Source: Candidatus Woesearchaeota archaeon
Lineage (GTDB): Archaea; Nanobdellota; Nanobdellia; Woesearchaeales; UBA10216
Assembly (NCBI GenBank): GCA_016180195.1
Contig: JACPBS010000010.1
Coordinates: 16,687-80,686, forward strand
Reading direction: 5' to 3'
Length of the DNA stretch: 64,000 bases
Shown: one piece after another, positions 29,486-39,643 of the stretch
How the letters are laid out: each line of letters begins with the position of its first letter
How positions within the stretch are numbered: the stretch's first letter is position 1
The notes under the pieces: generated by a model
Told to the model about the DNA's origin: nothing
The model's database searches: none
The model's input: the letters and a program-made list of their open reading frames with translations, nothing else
Translations under genes and position numbers: made by a program

Positions 29486-30288
29486 AAAGGCCTGAATGCA
29501 ACATATCCCTGGCTTTTTACAGCATCAGCGATGGACGCCCTTGTCTCAACAACGCATGGCAGATCATTGATTTTAAGGCCAAGCTTCCTGAGCTGTGTGT
29601 TATCGAGGTAGCCTTGTTTAAGGTAATTTGCAACTAAGAGTGATTCATCCCCTGTTTTGGTTAAGCGGAGATCATCGTTTTGTCCCATTGGCTTAGCATA
29701 CATCGGAACCTTATCGATTACGGCCATGTATTCTTCCCTTGTATTGGCATCAAGGGTTGGAACTGAAATGCGCGCGTCTGATCTTAAATACCCGAGATCC
29801 CGTAGCTGATCCCGGCTTAGGCCTATTCCGTCTGTAAATTTGGCTACTATGCCTGACAATGGTGTCACAGTAACCCACTGATTTAAATCCAACAGGTCTA
29901 AAACATTGTACCCTGACTTTCTGACAAGACCTTCAGGCACCAAAGGTGGTATGTAATCCAGAATGACAGGGCCTACGCCCTTAATGTCTGTCTGCTCTGT
30001 TGCCCTCATGCCGATTACAGTTCCGTTATGAAGAAGATACATGTGGTGATAATTTGAAGTTCCGTCAAGAGCTCCTGGTTCTTTGCGTTCGCCAACGCTA
30101 TCCTTATATTGCAAAACCCTTTTTTCAGGGAATGAAACTCCTTTTTCTTCGAATACTGTCTTTTGGAGTTCAACCCCTTGTCTTGCTGCTTTCCTTGCCC
30201 TTATGAAGAAATCCCCTTTGCCCCATGCATTATTGACAACTAATAGCTCAAGTGGTGAGAATATTATGCTTTTATCGGACATAATCAC
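29482..30288 (-). CDS. Hypothetical protein
   Basis: 268-aa ORF with globular composition. No family recognised. Confidence 0.4.
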   Translation of the reverse strand: MIMSDKSIIFSPLELLVVNNAWGKGDFFIRARKAARQGVELQKTVFEEKGVSFPEKRVLQYKDSVGERKEPGALDGTSNYHHMYLLHNGTVIGMRATEQTDIKGVGPVILDYIPPLVPEGLVRKSGYNVLDLLDLNQWVTVTPLSGIVAKFTDGIGLSRDQLRDLGYLRSDARISVPTLDANTREEYMAVIDKVPMYAKPMGQNDDLRLTKTGDESLLVANYLKQGYLDNTQLRKLGLKINDLPCVVETRASIADAVKSQGYVAFRPF

Positions 30289-30315
30289 TAAAAAGTAACA
30301 ACTAATATAAAAATA

Positions 30316-31251
30316 TTATGCTTCCCTTTTCTTCTTGGTCTTCTTTATCTCCCTTTCAAGCTTCAGCTTGTCCAGGAGTTCCTTGTACCTGTTCCTTATT
30401 GTTACCTCTGTTACGCCTGCAACATCCGCTACCTCTCTTTGGGTTCTTTTTTCTCCGTGTATGAGTGCGCTAACGTATAGTGCCGCTGCTGCAATTCCGG
30501 TTGGCCCCCTTCCTGATGTTAGCTCTGCTTTCTGTGCCTGTTCCAGTATCTCTATAGATCTTGATTGTGTTTCTGCGCTTAGCTTTAATGCAGATGAGAA
30601 TCTTGGTATGTAGTCTGCCGGGTTGCTGGGCAGTATGCTTATCCCTAGTTCCCGGGTTACAAACCTGTAAGTCCTTCCTATTTCCTTCTTGTCTATTCCG
30701 CTTGCCTCGGCAAGCTCATCAAGTGTCCTCGGTACCTCATGCCTTCTGCATGCTGCATAAAGAGCGCCTGCAACTACTGATTCCATTGACCTGCCTCTAA
30801 CAAGTCCCCTTTGGACTGCAAGTGTATAGACACGTGCGCTTTCCTCCTCAACAGATCTTGGAAGCTTGAGGTATGATGCCACCCTTTGAAGTTCGCCAAG
30901 CGCGAGCTTAAGGTTCCTTTCTATGGCTGTGCTTATCCTGTATTGCCATTTCCTGAGCCTGAAGAACTTGTTCCTGTTTTTGCCGCCGAGCTTGCTCAGG
31001 TCTGCTTTTCTCCCAACTTCTGTTCCAAGGCCTTGGTCATACTGCGTGTATGTCATGGGCGCGCCTGCACGCCTCCTCTTGTCTCCTGACTCTGAGTCGA
31101 ATTCGCGCCATTCCTGGCCGAAATCAACCATCCTGTCTTCTACAACAAGTCCGCAGTCCTTGCAGATAACCTCTCCCTTCTCCTTGTTCCAGAAAAGATT
31201 AATGCCCCCGCACTCAGGGCATTTCTTCACGTAGTCAGGCATTTGATCCAA
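30316..31251 (-). CDS. tfb: Transcription initiation factor IIB (TFB)
   Basis: N-terminal zinc ribbon CPECGG...CKDCG. B-finger and linker. Two cyclin-fold repeats. Confidence 0.9.
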   Translation of the reverse strand: MDQMPDYVKKCPECGGINLFWNKEKGEVICKDCGLVVEDRMVDFGQEWREFDSESGDKRRRAGAPMTYTQYDQGLGTEVGRKADLSKLGGKNRNKFFRLRKWQYRISTAIERNLKLALGELQRVASYLKLPRSVEEESARVYTLAVQRGLVRGRSMESVVAGALYAACRRHEVPRTLDELAEASGIDKKEIGRTYRFVTRELGISILPSNPADYIPRFSSALKLSAETQSRSIEILEQAQKAELTSGRGPTGIAAAALYVSALIHGEKRTQREVADVAGVTEVTIRNRYKELLDKLKLEREIKKTKKKREA

Positions 31252-31372
31252 AACCCCCCATAAATTTATAAATAATAAATAACACTAATATTTAAATTTT
31301 TCTATAAAATTCGACTGAATATTGAATTATTCGAAGTATTTCACTACTTGCTAAAAGAGAAAAATTTATTAT

Positions 31373-32938
31373 GTGTTGTTCATGTTTGCAAGAAAAATGG
31401 CAATTAGGTATTTCAATACGAATGAAGCTATCTTTGGATCTTCACGATACGTTAAAACCGTTGGATTGGCTGAGGCCATTATACGTGGTCAGGCCCCTGA
31501 TGGCGGATTGTACATGCCTGCACAGTTCCCCGCCATAAGTCCGGAGAGGATAGCATTGATGGGCGGGATGCGCTACCCTCAGATTTTCGTTGAGACGATG
31601 AAGGATTTTTTTTATGAAACCCTGCATCAGGAAACGCTTGAGCGTATTGCCCATGAAGCTTATGATTTTGAGCCTTATGTCGAGCATGTTTCAGGGATTG
31701 ACAAGATAGTGAGGCTGGATGAGGGCCCTACTGCTGCTTTCAAGGATTATGCTGCAGTTGTGTTTTTCAGGATTGTTAAGGCGATTGTTGAGCAGGAGCA
31801 GGGGTTTAAAGGTTCGCTCATAAGCAGGGCAAATGACAGGTTGGATGATCTTGTTTACGGGCAATCTCTCAAGGATATTGACCTTTTTACCTATTTTACA
31901 GCAACTTCAGGCGATACTGGAAGCGCAACCGGAATGGGATGCGTGGATGTGCCTGGGATGATGATGTTCATTTTCTACTCTTCCAGGATTGGGGAACATG
32001 TCAGCGATACGCAGGCAAGGATGATGGATTTCATCGGGAAGAACGTGTATGTTATAAGGGCTGACACTGATTTTGATGGCTGTGACCTGATTTCCAAGAC
32101 CCTCCAGATGGATCCTGATCTTGCATTCATGCACAAGTCAACGGCTAATTCAGTGAGCTTGGGGAGGCTTCTTCCTCAGGTTGCATATTATTTCTATGCA
32201 TATTCAAGGGTTGCTGAGAACGGGGAAGAAATCAGGGTGTCTGTTCCATCAGGAAATTTCGGGGACGCTATGGCGGGCTTGTTTTCCATGAAAATGGGGC
32301 TTCCTATAAAGCTGATAGTTGGGGTGAACGAGAATGACGTGTTCGAACGATTCATTAGGACAGGAATGTATGCCCCTTCTGAATCCACCAAGCCATGCCA
32401 TTCGAACTCCATGAATGTGGGTTGGCCCAGTAATGTGAGAAGGGTTTTTAACCTGTATGGGGGGCAGCTGGTTGAGGGAAAAGACCCTGAAACAGGGAAA
32501 AGAATAGTCTATTCTATGAAGATTCCTGATCTTAAAAGGTTAAGGGCAGACATTGCAGCATATGCGATAACCGATGATGAAACCGATGGGCTGATCTGGG
32601 AGTTTTACAATAAGCGCCATTTGATAGATGGACGGATTCATTCAACAATCGAGCCTCATGGGGCTGTTGCTTGGGGTGCTGCAATGAAGTTCAGGCAGCA
32701 AACAGGGTATCTGGGCAGGATAATTTGCTTTGAGACAGCTCATCCCGGAAAATTTCCTGAAAGGCTTCGCACGTTCGGGATCGAGCCTGAACTGCCTGAG
32801 TGCATTTCAACAGTTTTAGAGCTTCCTGAAGGCCGGAGAAGGTTTTGGACCGTGAATAATTATCAGGAGGCAAAAGACCTTGTTGTGCAGATTTACCGTG
32901 TAGAAAGGGGAAGGCAGGGTCTAAAGCCTGTTATCTAG
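31373..32938 (+). CDS. thrC: Threonine synthase, long E. coli/yeast-type
   Basis: PLP-Lys motif PTAAFKDYAA, TATSGDTGSA, SVPSGNFGD, HSTIEPHGAVAW and ETAHPGKF. These are collinear with E. coli ThrC. Confidence 0.8.
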   Translation: MLFMFARKMAIRYFNTNEAIFGSSRYVKTVGLAEAIIRGQAPDGGLYMPAQFPAISPERIALMGGMRYPQIFVETMKDFFYETLHQETLERIAHEAYDFEPYVEHVSGIDKIVRLDEGPTAAFKDYAAVVFFRIVKAIVEQEQGFKGSLISRANDRLDDLVYGQSLKDIDLFTYFTATSGDTGSATGMGCVDVPGMMMFIFYSSRIGEHVSDTQARMMDFIGKNVYVIRADTDFDGCDLISKTLQMDPDLAFMHKSTANSVSLGRLLPQVAYYFYAYSRVAENGEEIRVSVPSGNFGDAMAGLFSMKMGLPIKLIVGVNENDVFERFIRTGMYAPSESTKPCHSNSMNVGWPSNVRRVFNLYGGQLVEGKDPETGKRIVYSMKIPDLKRLRADIAAYAITDDETDGLIWEFYNKRHLIDGRIHSTIEPHGAVAWGAAMKFRQQTGYLGRIICFETAHPGKFPERLRTFGIEPELPECISTVLELPEGRRRFWTVNNYQEAKDLVVQIYRVERGRQGLKPVI

Positions 32939-34192
32939 GATTGCCTCGATTACTTTTTCAATGGATTCCGTGTTGCCATCCACCCTTAATATCTTTCCGT
33001 TCTTTGTTCCCGTAATTGGGGGCCTTCCTTTTTTGTATGAGTCTGTAAGTACAAGCACTGTTGGTTCATCAGGGTCTATTGTGTTTCCCACCAGCCTTCT
33101 TGCTGCAGCAACAACTGCCCCGCTTACAGGCCCCGGATGAAGGTCTGTGTAGATTGATATCAGCATCATGCTCTTGCGTATCTCACTATCGTCAACAGCT
33201 GATGCTGTTCCTTCTGTTTTTTGTATGGTTTCCAGAACCTCTATGCCATTTGCCGGATCACCCACTGACAAGGTTTCAGCCAGTGATTTCTCAGAGGGCT
33301 TTACCGGGATAATTCTTAATTTTCCTGTTTGGCGATATTTTTCCCAGGAGCTAACGATTGGGCTGCATTTGGAGTTCTGGACTGCATGCATACTTGTTTT
33401 AAGTTCTCCAATAAGCCCTGCTTTCTGGAATTCCTCAAGCCCCCTGTATATTTGCCACAATGAAAGTCCTGCAGCTACAGGATAGACGATGTTTCCAGGG
33501 GCTTTCCACCCAAGCTGCTCTGCTATTTCGAACCCGATCGTCTTTGACCCTTGTGAATATATGGGTCTTAATTGCGAGTTGACCCACGCAACACCATTGC
33601 GTATCATATCATTTTCAAGAAGTATTCTTTCCAGCAACCCGCTCACTGCAGAGTAATTTTCATCAACAACAATGACGTATGCTCCGAAAGATTCTGCCTT
33701 CCTAATCAGTTCCTCTTCAGCGCCTGAATGTAGGAGCACGATTGACTTGAGGCCTATTTGGTCAGCCTTGGCTGCAACCGCGGATGAAAGGTTGCCTGTT
33801 GAAGTGCCTCCAAGTGCCCTATAATTATATCCGGAAGAATTGAATTCAATGACCTTTTGCCCGGCAACATCAACACCTCGGTCCTTGAATGTGCCTGTGC
33901 TTGGCTCATCTTCATCTTTTATGTAAAGCCTGTTTGATCCTATTGCCTTCCCCAGTCTTTGCGCCCTGGTTAAAGTTGTGAATCCCACAATTGAATCTGG
34001 GACTGAGTCTGAAGGCAGGAAATCATGGTAGCGATACATGCTTGTCGGGCCTTCCTGTATCCGTGATCTGCTTATCCGGCCCGTTTCATAAAAAGGCACA
34101 TAGGGGGCCATGCAGCAATTGCTTGTATTAACCGGAGCGAATGGAATGCGATCGCCGCAGGAATAGCATTCAAGCCCTTTTTGCAAATCCAT
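32921..34192 (-). CDS. Threonine synthase, short archaeal/Bacillus-type with an N-terminal zinc-ribbon
   Basis: STGTFKDRG PLP motif on a fold-type II core. N-terminal CYSCGD...CC ribbon. The longest ORF begins at a TTG overlapping the next gene, so an internal Met start was chosen. Confidence 0.7.
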   Translation of the reverse strand: MDLQKGLECYSCGDRIPFAPVNTSNCCMAPYVPFYETGRISRSRIQEGPTSMYRYHDFLPSDSVPDSIVGFTTLTRAQRLGKAIGSNRLYIKDEDEPSTGTFKDRGVDVAGQKVIEFNSSGYNYRALGGTSTGNLSSAVAAKADQIGLKSIVLLHSGAEEELIRKAESFGAYVIVVDENYSAVSGLLERILLENDMIRNGVAWVNSQLRPIYSQGSKTIGFEIAEQLGWKAPGNIVYPVAAGLSLWQIYRGLEEFQKAGLIGELKTSMHAVQNSKCSPIVSSWEKYRQTGKLRIIPVKPSEKSLAETLSVGDPANGIEVLETIQKTEGTASAVDDSEIRKSMMLISIYTDLHPGPVSGAVVAAARRLVGNTIDPDEPTVLVLTDSYKKGRPPITGTKNGKILRVDGNTESIEKVIEAILDNRL

Positions 34193-34322
34193 GTGAATAG
34201 GTTTTCGGCAAGCCATTAAATAATTTCCTGCATCATTTATTCCAGTAAGAATATCTGGCGTGTTAGTAAGCGACAAAGTACTGTGCGCAAAACATATATA
34301 ACTGAAAATAAAAACGCAAGGT

Positions 34323-36230
34323 ATGTCAAAGGCATATTTTGCTGAGCACATGGGGAAGGATGATTTCCTGAAGCTGGCAGTGAAGTTTAATCCGAATGCA
34401 AATGTGAATCTTATTGGCAAGGCTTTTGATTTCGCTGAGCAGAGCCATCGTGGCCAGAAGAGGCTTTCTGGAAGGGATTATTTCCTTCATTGCAAGGAAG
34501 TTGCGTACATGCTTGTTAAGCTGAGGCTGGATACAGCCACGATTTGTGCAGGACTGCTCCATGATGTTCTTGAGGATTCTGACAGGAAGGGTGAAGAGAT
34601 CAGGAGAACTTTCGGCGAGGAAATCCATTATCTTGTTGTTGCCCTGACCAAGACGAAGAACATAAGCTTGCAGGCAAGCGATGAGGAAAGGGCGGAAAAC
34701 ATCAGGAAGGTTCTTCTTGCATCTATCAAGGATATAAGGGTGATTTTCATCAAGCTTGCTGACAGGCTCCATAATATGCGCACCCTTAAGTATCAGCCTT
34801 ATGATAAGCAGGTTGCTGTTTCAAGGGAGACCCTTGATATCTATGTTCCGATTGCGTATAAGCTTGGTATGTACAGGATAAAGTCTGAGCTTGAAGATCT
34901 GTGCCTTAAGCATCTTAACCCTTCTGTGTATATGGAGCTGAAGGTGAGGATTGACAAGAAGAAGGAGGAGAGGGAGCAGGAGGTTAAGTCTGTGATCAAG
35001 ACTGTGAAGAACATTCTAAGTTCAAGGGGGATTAAGGCAAAGATCAGCGGGAGGGCTAAGAATTTTTTCAGCATCTACAAGAAGATGCTCAGGAAAGGTG
35101 TCTCGTTTGAGGAGATTCACGACCTGTCCGCGATAAGGATCATTGCTGATAATCCTGATGACTGTTACAGGATTCTCGGCATAATCCATTCGACTTGGAC
35201 TCCTTTGGTCAAGAGGTTTGATGATTATATCGCATTTCCGAAGCCGAACATGTACCAGTCACTCCATACAGAGGTTTTGATCAACAAGAAGCCTGTTGAG
35301 GTTCAGATCAGGACTTGGAAGATGCATCACATTGCCGAAGAGGGGTTTGCCGCTCATTGGAGGTATAAGGATACGGAGAGGGATAAGAGGTTCGATCGGA
35401 AAATAGCGTGGCTCAAGCAGATTCTGGAATGGAGGATGTCCTCAAATGCCAAGGAATTCCTGGAGAACCTTAAGATTGATCTTTTCAAGGACGAGATTTA
35501 CGCTATCACCCCAAAAGGGGATCCTATATCGCTTCCCGAGAAGGCAACTCCGGTTGATTTTGCCTTCGCTGTTCATACGGATATAGGCAACCGCTGTGTC
35601 AGGGCCAAGGTGAATAATGCAATCGTTCCTTTGGATCATGAGCTCAAAAGTGGCGATGTTGTTGAGATAATAACTTCAAAGAATGCCGTTCCTTCAAGGA
35701 ACTGGCTGAAGTTCGTGAAGACAACCTTGGCTAAGAGCAAGATAAGGCACGGGCTTGGTATTCTGCTTCCTGAAGCTCAGTCTGAAAAGGAAATTGCTGA
35801 TGAGGAGCAGGTGATCTCAAGGATTGATTTTGAGAAGAGCTCCATGCTGAAGCTTTCCAGGTGTTGCCTGCCCAGGTATGGTGACCAGTTAACAGGCTAC
35901 AGGATGAAGGATGGTAAGATTGCTGTTCATAAGGCAGGCTGTGATAATTTCAGGCAGCTTGATTCAGGCAGGAAGATGTTGCTGGGTTGGAAGGGCATGG
36001 AGAGCTCGGGGACCGTGAAGCTCCGTGCAGAGGTGATTGAGAGCAGTGGGATGTTCCAGGAGGTTCTTGGTTCGCTTACGAGCAGCGGTGTAAAGATAGA
36101 ATCAATCCGTGCAAAGACGAGCAAGAACAGGCTGTTGATATTGCTCGAAGTGAAGCCTGGAAGCGAGTTGGGAAAGGCGATTGACACCCTAAAAAAGGTT
36201 GAGAACGTGATTGAGGTCAGGATAGAATAG
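34323..36230 (+). CDS. Full-length RelA/SpoT homologue (HD hydrolase + (p)ppGpp synthetase + TGS + ACT)
   Basis: HD motif (HRGQKR...LLHDVLED). Synthetase motifs (RAKNFFSIYKKM, YIAFPKPNMYQSLHT, EVQIRTWKMHHIAEEGFAAHWRYK). TGS (IYAITPKGD) and a C-terminal ACT. Confidence 0.85.
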   Translation: MSKAYFAEHMGKDDFLKLAVKFNPNANVNLIGKAFDFAEQSHRGQKRLSGRDYFLHCKEVAYMLVKLRLDTATICAGLLHDVLEDSDRKGEEIRRTFGEEIHYLVVALTKTKNISLQASDEERAENIRKVLLASIKDIRVIFIKLADRLHNMRTLKYQPYDKQVAVSRETLDIYVPIAYKLGMYRIKSELEDLCLKHLNPSVYMELKVRIDKKKEEREQEVKSVIKTVKNILSSRGIKAKISGRAKNFFSIYKKMLRKGVSFEEIHDLSAIRIIADNPDDCYRILGIIHSTWTPLVKRFDDYIAFPKPNMYQSLHTEVLINKKPVEVQIRTWKMHHIAEEGFAAHWRYKDTERDKRFDRKIAWLKQILEWRMSSNAKEFLENLKIDLFKDEIYAITPKGDPISLPEKATPVDFAFAVHTDIGNRCVRAKVNNAIVPLDHELKSGDVVEIITSKNAVPSRNWLKFVKTTLAKSKIRHGLGILLPEAQSEKEIADEEQVISRIDFEKSSMLKLSRCCLPRYGDQLTGYRMKDGKIAVHKAGCDNFRQLDSGRKMLLGWKGMESSGTVKLRAEVIESSGMFQEVLGSLTSSGVKIESIRAKTSKNRLLILLEVKPGSELGKAIDTLKKVENVIEVRIE

Positions 36231-36277
36231 TTTTATTTGATTAACTTTATAAAAAGGCTTGTTTTTTCATTTGGTCA

Positions 36278-37507
36278 ATGTCAGACAATGTTCAGCCGGA
36301 AGTCAATATAGGCATGGTAGGCCATGTGGATCATGGTAAGACTACGTTGACTGAGTCCCTGACTGGAAAGTGGACTGATACTCACAGCGAGGAGATAAGG
36401 CGAGGTATAACTATCAGGCTGGGGTATGCAGACTCTGCTTTTTTCAAGTGTGAAAAATGCCCTGAGCCTGATTGCTATTCAACCGTTCCTGTTTGCAATT
36501 CCTGTGGTTCCAAGTCTGTTTTTCTTAGGAAGGTCAGTTTTATTGATGCGCCTGGGCACGAGAGCCTGATGGCGACGATGCTTTCAGGTGCAGCGATTAT
36601 GGATGGGGCATTGCTGCTTGTTGCCGCAAATGAGCCATGCCCGCAGCCCCAGACCAGGGAGCATCTTACAGCGCTTCAGATCATCGGCGTAAAAAACATC
36701 GTGGTGGTGCAGAACAAGATTGACATCGTTTCAATGGGCGAGGCTTTGAAGAATCATGATGAGATCAAGGCTTTTCTTAAAGGCACTGGTTTTGATGATG
36801 CCCCTATTGTTCCGATTTCTTCTCAGCAAAGAATCAATGTTGATGCGTTGATTGATGCCATTCAGAAGACCATTCCAACACCTTCAAGGGATTCATCAAA
36901 GCCCCCGTTAATGTTTGTTGCGAGGTCTTTTGATATCAACAGGCCAGGTATTAATCCCCTTGAGATGTCAGGTGGTGTTTTGGGGGGGTCTGTCAAGCAG
37001 GGCATTTTGAAGGTTGGTGATTCGGTTGAGATAAGGCCTGGCAGGCGTTTGGAGCGCGCAGGGAAGACCATTTGGCAGCCCATTTCAACCAAGATAGTGG
37101 ATCTGAAGACAGGCGGTGAAAGCGTTCAGTCTGTAGGTCCTGGGGGTAGTATTGGGGTCATGACCCTGCTTGATCCAAGCATAGTTAAGTCAGACGCGCT
37201 TTCCGGTTCTGTTTTGGGAACTGATGTTTTGCCTGCTGTCTGGAATGATCTTAGTCTTGATGTTTTCCTGCTGGAAAGGGTTGTGGGGGCAAAGGATAAG
37301 CTTGTTGTTGACCCGATCAGGCTTGGCGAGAACCTTATGCTGAATGCCAATTCGGCCGCAACAGTCGGGGCTGTGATTGAGCTTCAGAAAGGAGGCATTA
37401 CCTGCAGGCTTAAGCTCCCTGTGTGCGCAGACAAGGGCTCCAGGGTTACCATTTCCAGGCTTATTGGCTCAAGATGGAGATTGATTGGTTACGGGATTAT
37501 TAAATAG
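36278..37507 (+). CDS. eif2g: Translation initiation factor 2 gamma subunit (aIF-2gamma)
   Basis: GHVDHGKTT and NKID G-motifs. Zinc-ribbon insert CEKC...CNSC. Domains II and III. Confidence 0.9.
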   Translation: MSDNVQPEVNIGMVGHVDHGKTTLTESLTGKWTDTHSEEIRRGITIRLGYADSAFFKCEKCPEPDCYSTVPVCNSCGSKSVFLRKVSFIDAPGHESLMATMLSGAAIMDGALLLVAANEPCPQPQTREHLTALQIIGVKNIVVVQNKIDIVSMGEALKNHDEIKAFLKGTGFDDAPIVPISSQQRINVDALIDAIQKTIPTPSRDSSKPPLMFVARSFDINRPGINPLEMSGGVLGGSVKQGILKVGDSVEIRPGRRLERAGKTIWQPISTKIVDLKTGGESVQSVGPGGSIGVMTLLDPSIVKSDALSGSVLGTDVLPAVWNDLSLDVFLLERVVGAKDKLVVDPIRLGENLMLNANSAATVGAVIELQKGGITCRLKLPVCADKGSRVTISRLIGSRWRLIGYGIIK

Positions 37508-37510
37508 GCT

Positions 37511-37951
37511 CTATTTTTTTGATTTTTCCTTGATAAAGATTGCCGCCGCTGCTAGAACTGTCAGTCCACCTATTGCCCAGAAATAGATCTTGTAGGGCGT
37601 TTCCTGTATGAATGGTGTGCCGATTGTCAGCATCCCGAAGTTTGCTATTATTAGGTTTTTTGATATGCATTTCCCGTATTTGAAGTACAGGAATAGTGTC
37701 AGGAGGAAGAGTGAGACCCCGATCAGCCATATTGGTGTCGCTATCTGCTGCAGGAAGAGCAGCGGCATTCCGGTAACTGTTATTCCTATCACGCTTAAAA
37801 GGGAAATCGCGGCCATGCATATGCTGTGGCAGAGATTATAGGAGCTGAATATTCCGGATATCCCTGACGCGCTGCTTGCCCCGCTTATCAGTTTTTCTTT
37901 TGCTGTTTTTGTGTTTGGCATCCTTTTCCGTTTTTTCCCAGTTCGTTTCAC
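37511..37951 (-). CDS. Hypothetical membrane protein with an intramembrane CxxxC
   Basis: Four TM helices. CHSIC lies in the first helix. Last gene of the redox operon. Confidence 0.4.
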   Translation of the reverse strand: MKRTGKKRKRMPNTKTAKEKLISGASSASGISGIFSSYNLCHSICMAAISLLSVIGITVTGMPLLFLQQIATPIWLIGVSLFLLTLFLYFKYGKCISKNLIIANFGMLTIGTPFIQETPYKIYFWAIGGLTVLAAAAIFIKEKSKK

Positions 37952-38012
37952 GTTGTGAATGCCGAACTTAAGTAGTTTTAATCCATCTTTTTTCTAAAAA
38001 GTGGTGCGGGGC

Positions 38013-39182
38013 CTATTGCTGCGTTGCTGCTGGGTTTTCAATTACTTTCCCTGTTTCAAGGTCCTTGTACGGGTGTCCGGGCCATTGGTCGAACTTTCTG
38101 AATATGTATTTTCCGTCGCTTTCTATTGTTCCCACAACAGTCCATGGGGCATTGAGGTTATTGTATGCTTCGACATCTGAAAGTATTATTGTAGGTACTG
38201 ATGTTATGTTGTATTTCCTTATGAGGCTTTTCCCCTCTGTGCTTGAGATGTCAACGGTCTTTTGCGTGTCAAGCTCGATTCCGAATCCTAGCTTGAGTAT
38301 GCTTATGTGATCTGTGACGTTGTAGCATTGGCCGCATTTGCTGTCGTTTAGCATTATTGCTGATGCCAGGCCTATTGTTTTCCCGGATTCAAGCTCGTAA
38401 TATGGCGGGTTTGCTTCCCTCATCACGTATGTTCCGTCTTTTTCAATCGTTCCTATGGAATCCCATACCTCTGCTATTATTGGGTATTTTGAGGCATCGC
38501 TTGAAAGCAGCATTGCGGGCACCTTTGTTATGTTATATTTCTTGGCAAGCGCCGCACCCTGGTCTGATGATGCATCTAGCTCGTTTTCCTTGTATATCCC
38601 TATGCCTGCCGCTCTCATCTGTGTTGCCATTGAGTTCATGCTTGAGCATTTGGCACACAATTTGGAGTTCAGGTATGTTATGGTTATTCTTCCCACGATT
38701 TTCTGTTCAGCCAGGTCCCTGTATGGTGGTCCTACGCTGCCGAGAACCATGGCATTATTTTCCTTGTTGAACCCTGATAGCGATAATTTTTCTGTTTCCC
38801 CTGTAATGACTATGGTTGGTACGTTTTTTATCCCGTATTTGTTTATGATTTCCTGTGCTTCAGGGCTTGTATAGTCTATGCTTTTTTCGCTTGTTACGTT
38901 GACGTTCAATCCCTTTATGTTCTGTATTAGACCTTCAATCTGGAAGCAGTCTGTGCAGCTTTTATCTGTTATTGATGTCAGTTGGATTGCTGCTGGTTTG
39001 GCAACGTTTTTTGCTTCAGCGAGCTTGGAGCTTATTGTTGAGCTTAGGCTTGATATCTGTGCCTGGTTGAAGATCATTATTGCGAGCAGCACTGCCATCA
39101 TTGCAGGTATTATGATGTTCTTATGCGTCTTGTGGACTGGTAAGTGTTTGTGTTGTTCCATTTGTTTCACCTTAGGCTGCAT
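38013..39182 (-). CDS. Membrane-anchored protein with three thioredoxin-fold repeats (CxxC each)
   Basis: Three repeats with CTDC / CAKC / CGQC, each followed by a KYGI(K)NVPTIVI-type cis-Pro loop. N-terminal TM anchor. Confidence 0.6.
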   Translation of the reverse strand: MQPKVKQMEQHKHLPVHKTHKNIIIPAMMAVLLAIMIFNQAQISSLSSTISSKLAEAKNVAKPAAIQLTSITDKSCTDCFQIEGLIQNIKGLNVNVTSEKSIDYTSPEAQEIINKYGIKNVPTIVITGETEKLSLSGFNKENNAMVLGSVGPPYRDLAEQKIVGRITITYLNSKLCAKCSSMNSMATQMRAAGIGIYKENELDASSDQGAALAKKYNITKVPAMLLSSDASKYPIIAEVWDSIGTIEKDGTYVMREANPPYYELESGKTIGLASAIMLNDSKCGQCYNVTDHISILKLGFGIELDTQKTVDISSTEGKSLIRKYNITSVPTIILSDVEAYNNLNAPWTVVGTIESDGKYIFRKFDQWPGHPYKDLETGKVIENPAATQQ

Positions 39183-39640
39183 CCTGATAGCTGGCTGATA
39201 GCTTCCAGTGTCTGAACTTGCCTGTACATTGTTCCGTTTATCTCCCAGGTCGGGGTTATGGTTATTTGCTTCTCATCGCAGAGCGCTTTTTGCTCGTCGC
39301 AAATCACGTATTTCAGGTTTTTGAAGGATTCGCCGAACATGCTTTTCTGTCTTCCGGTGTACTTGCACCATTCATTTCCATATATGACAACGTCTTTTGT
39401 TGCCAGGCATTTTGTAAATTCATCAACCTTTGCCGCGTTTGCGCTGGATGACTTGAAAATCAGGAATATTCCGAATAGAATCATTAGTGCAACAAACCCG
39501 AGGGCTGCCTTCAGGAAAATGTCTTTCCTGTTGCTTTCCGCCTTGTCTTTTTTCCGCTCTTCCCTTGTTTGTTCCCTTTTTAGCTTTCTTTTCTCAGCCC
39601 TTGTAAGCTCTGGGCTGTCAGGGTTTGTTGGCTCTTCCAT
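39167..39640 (-). CDS. Membrane-anchored glutaredoxin/thioredoxin-fold protein
   Basis: Basic N-terminus, TM helix, then VVIYGNEWCKYTG...ITITPTWEING (Trx-fold signature). Confidence 0.5.
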   Translation of the reverse strand: MEEPTNPDSPELTRAEKRKLKREQTREERKKDKAESNRKDIFLKAALGFVALMILFGIFLIFKSSSANAAKVDEFTKCLATKDVVIYGNEWCKYTGRQKSMFGESFKNLKYVICDEQKALCDEKQITITPTWEINGTMYRQVQTLEAISQLSGCSLR

Positions 39641-39643
39641 TGA

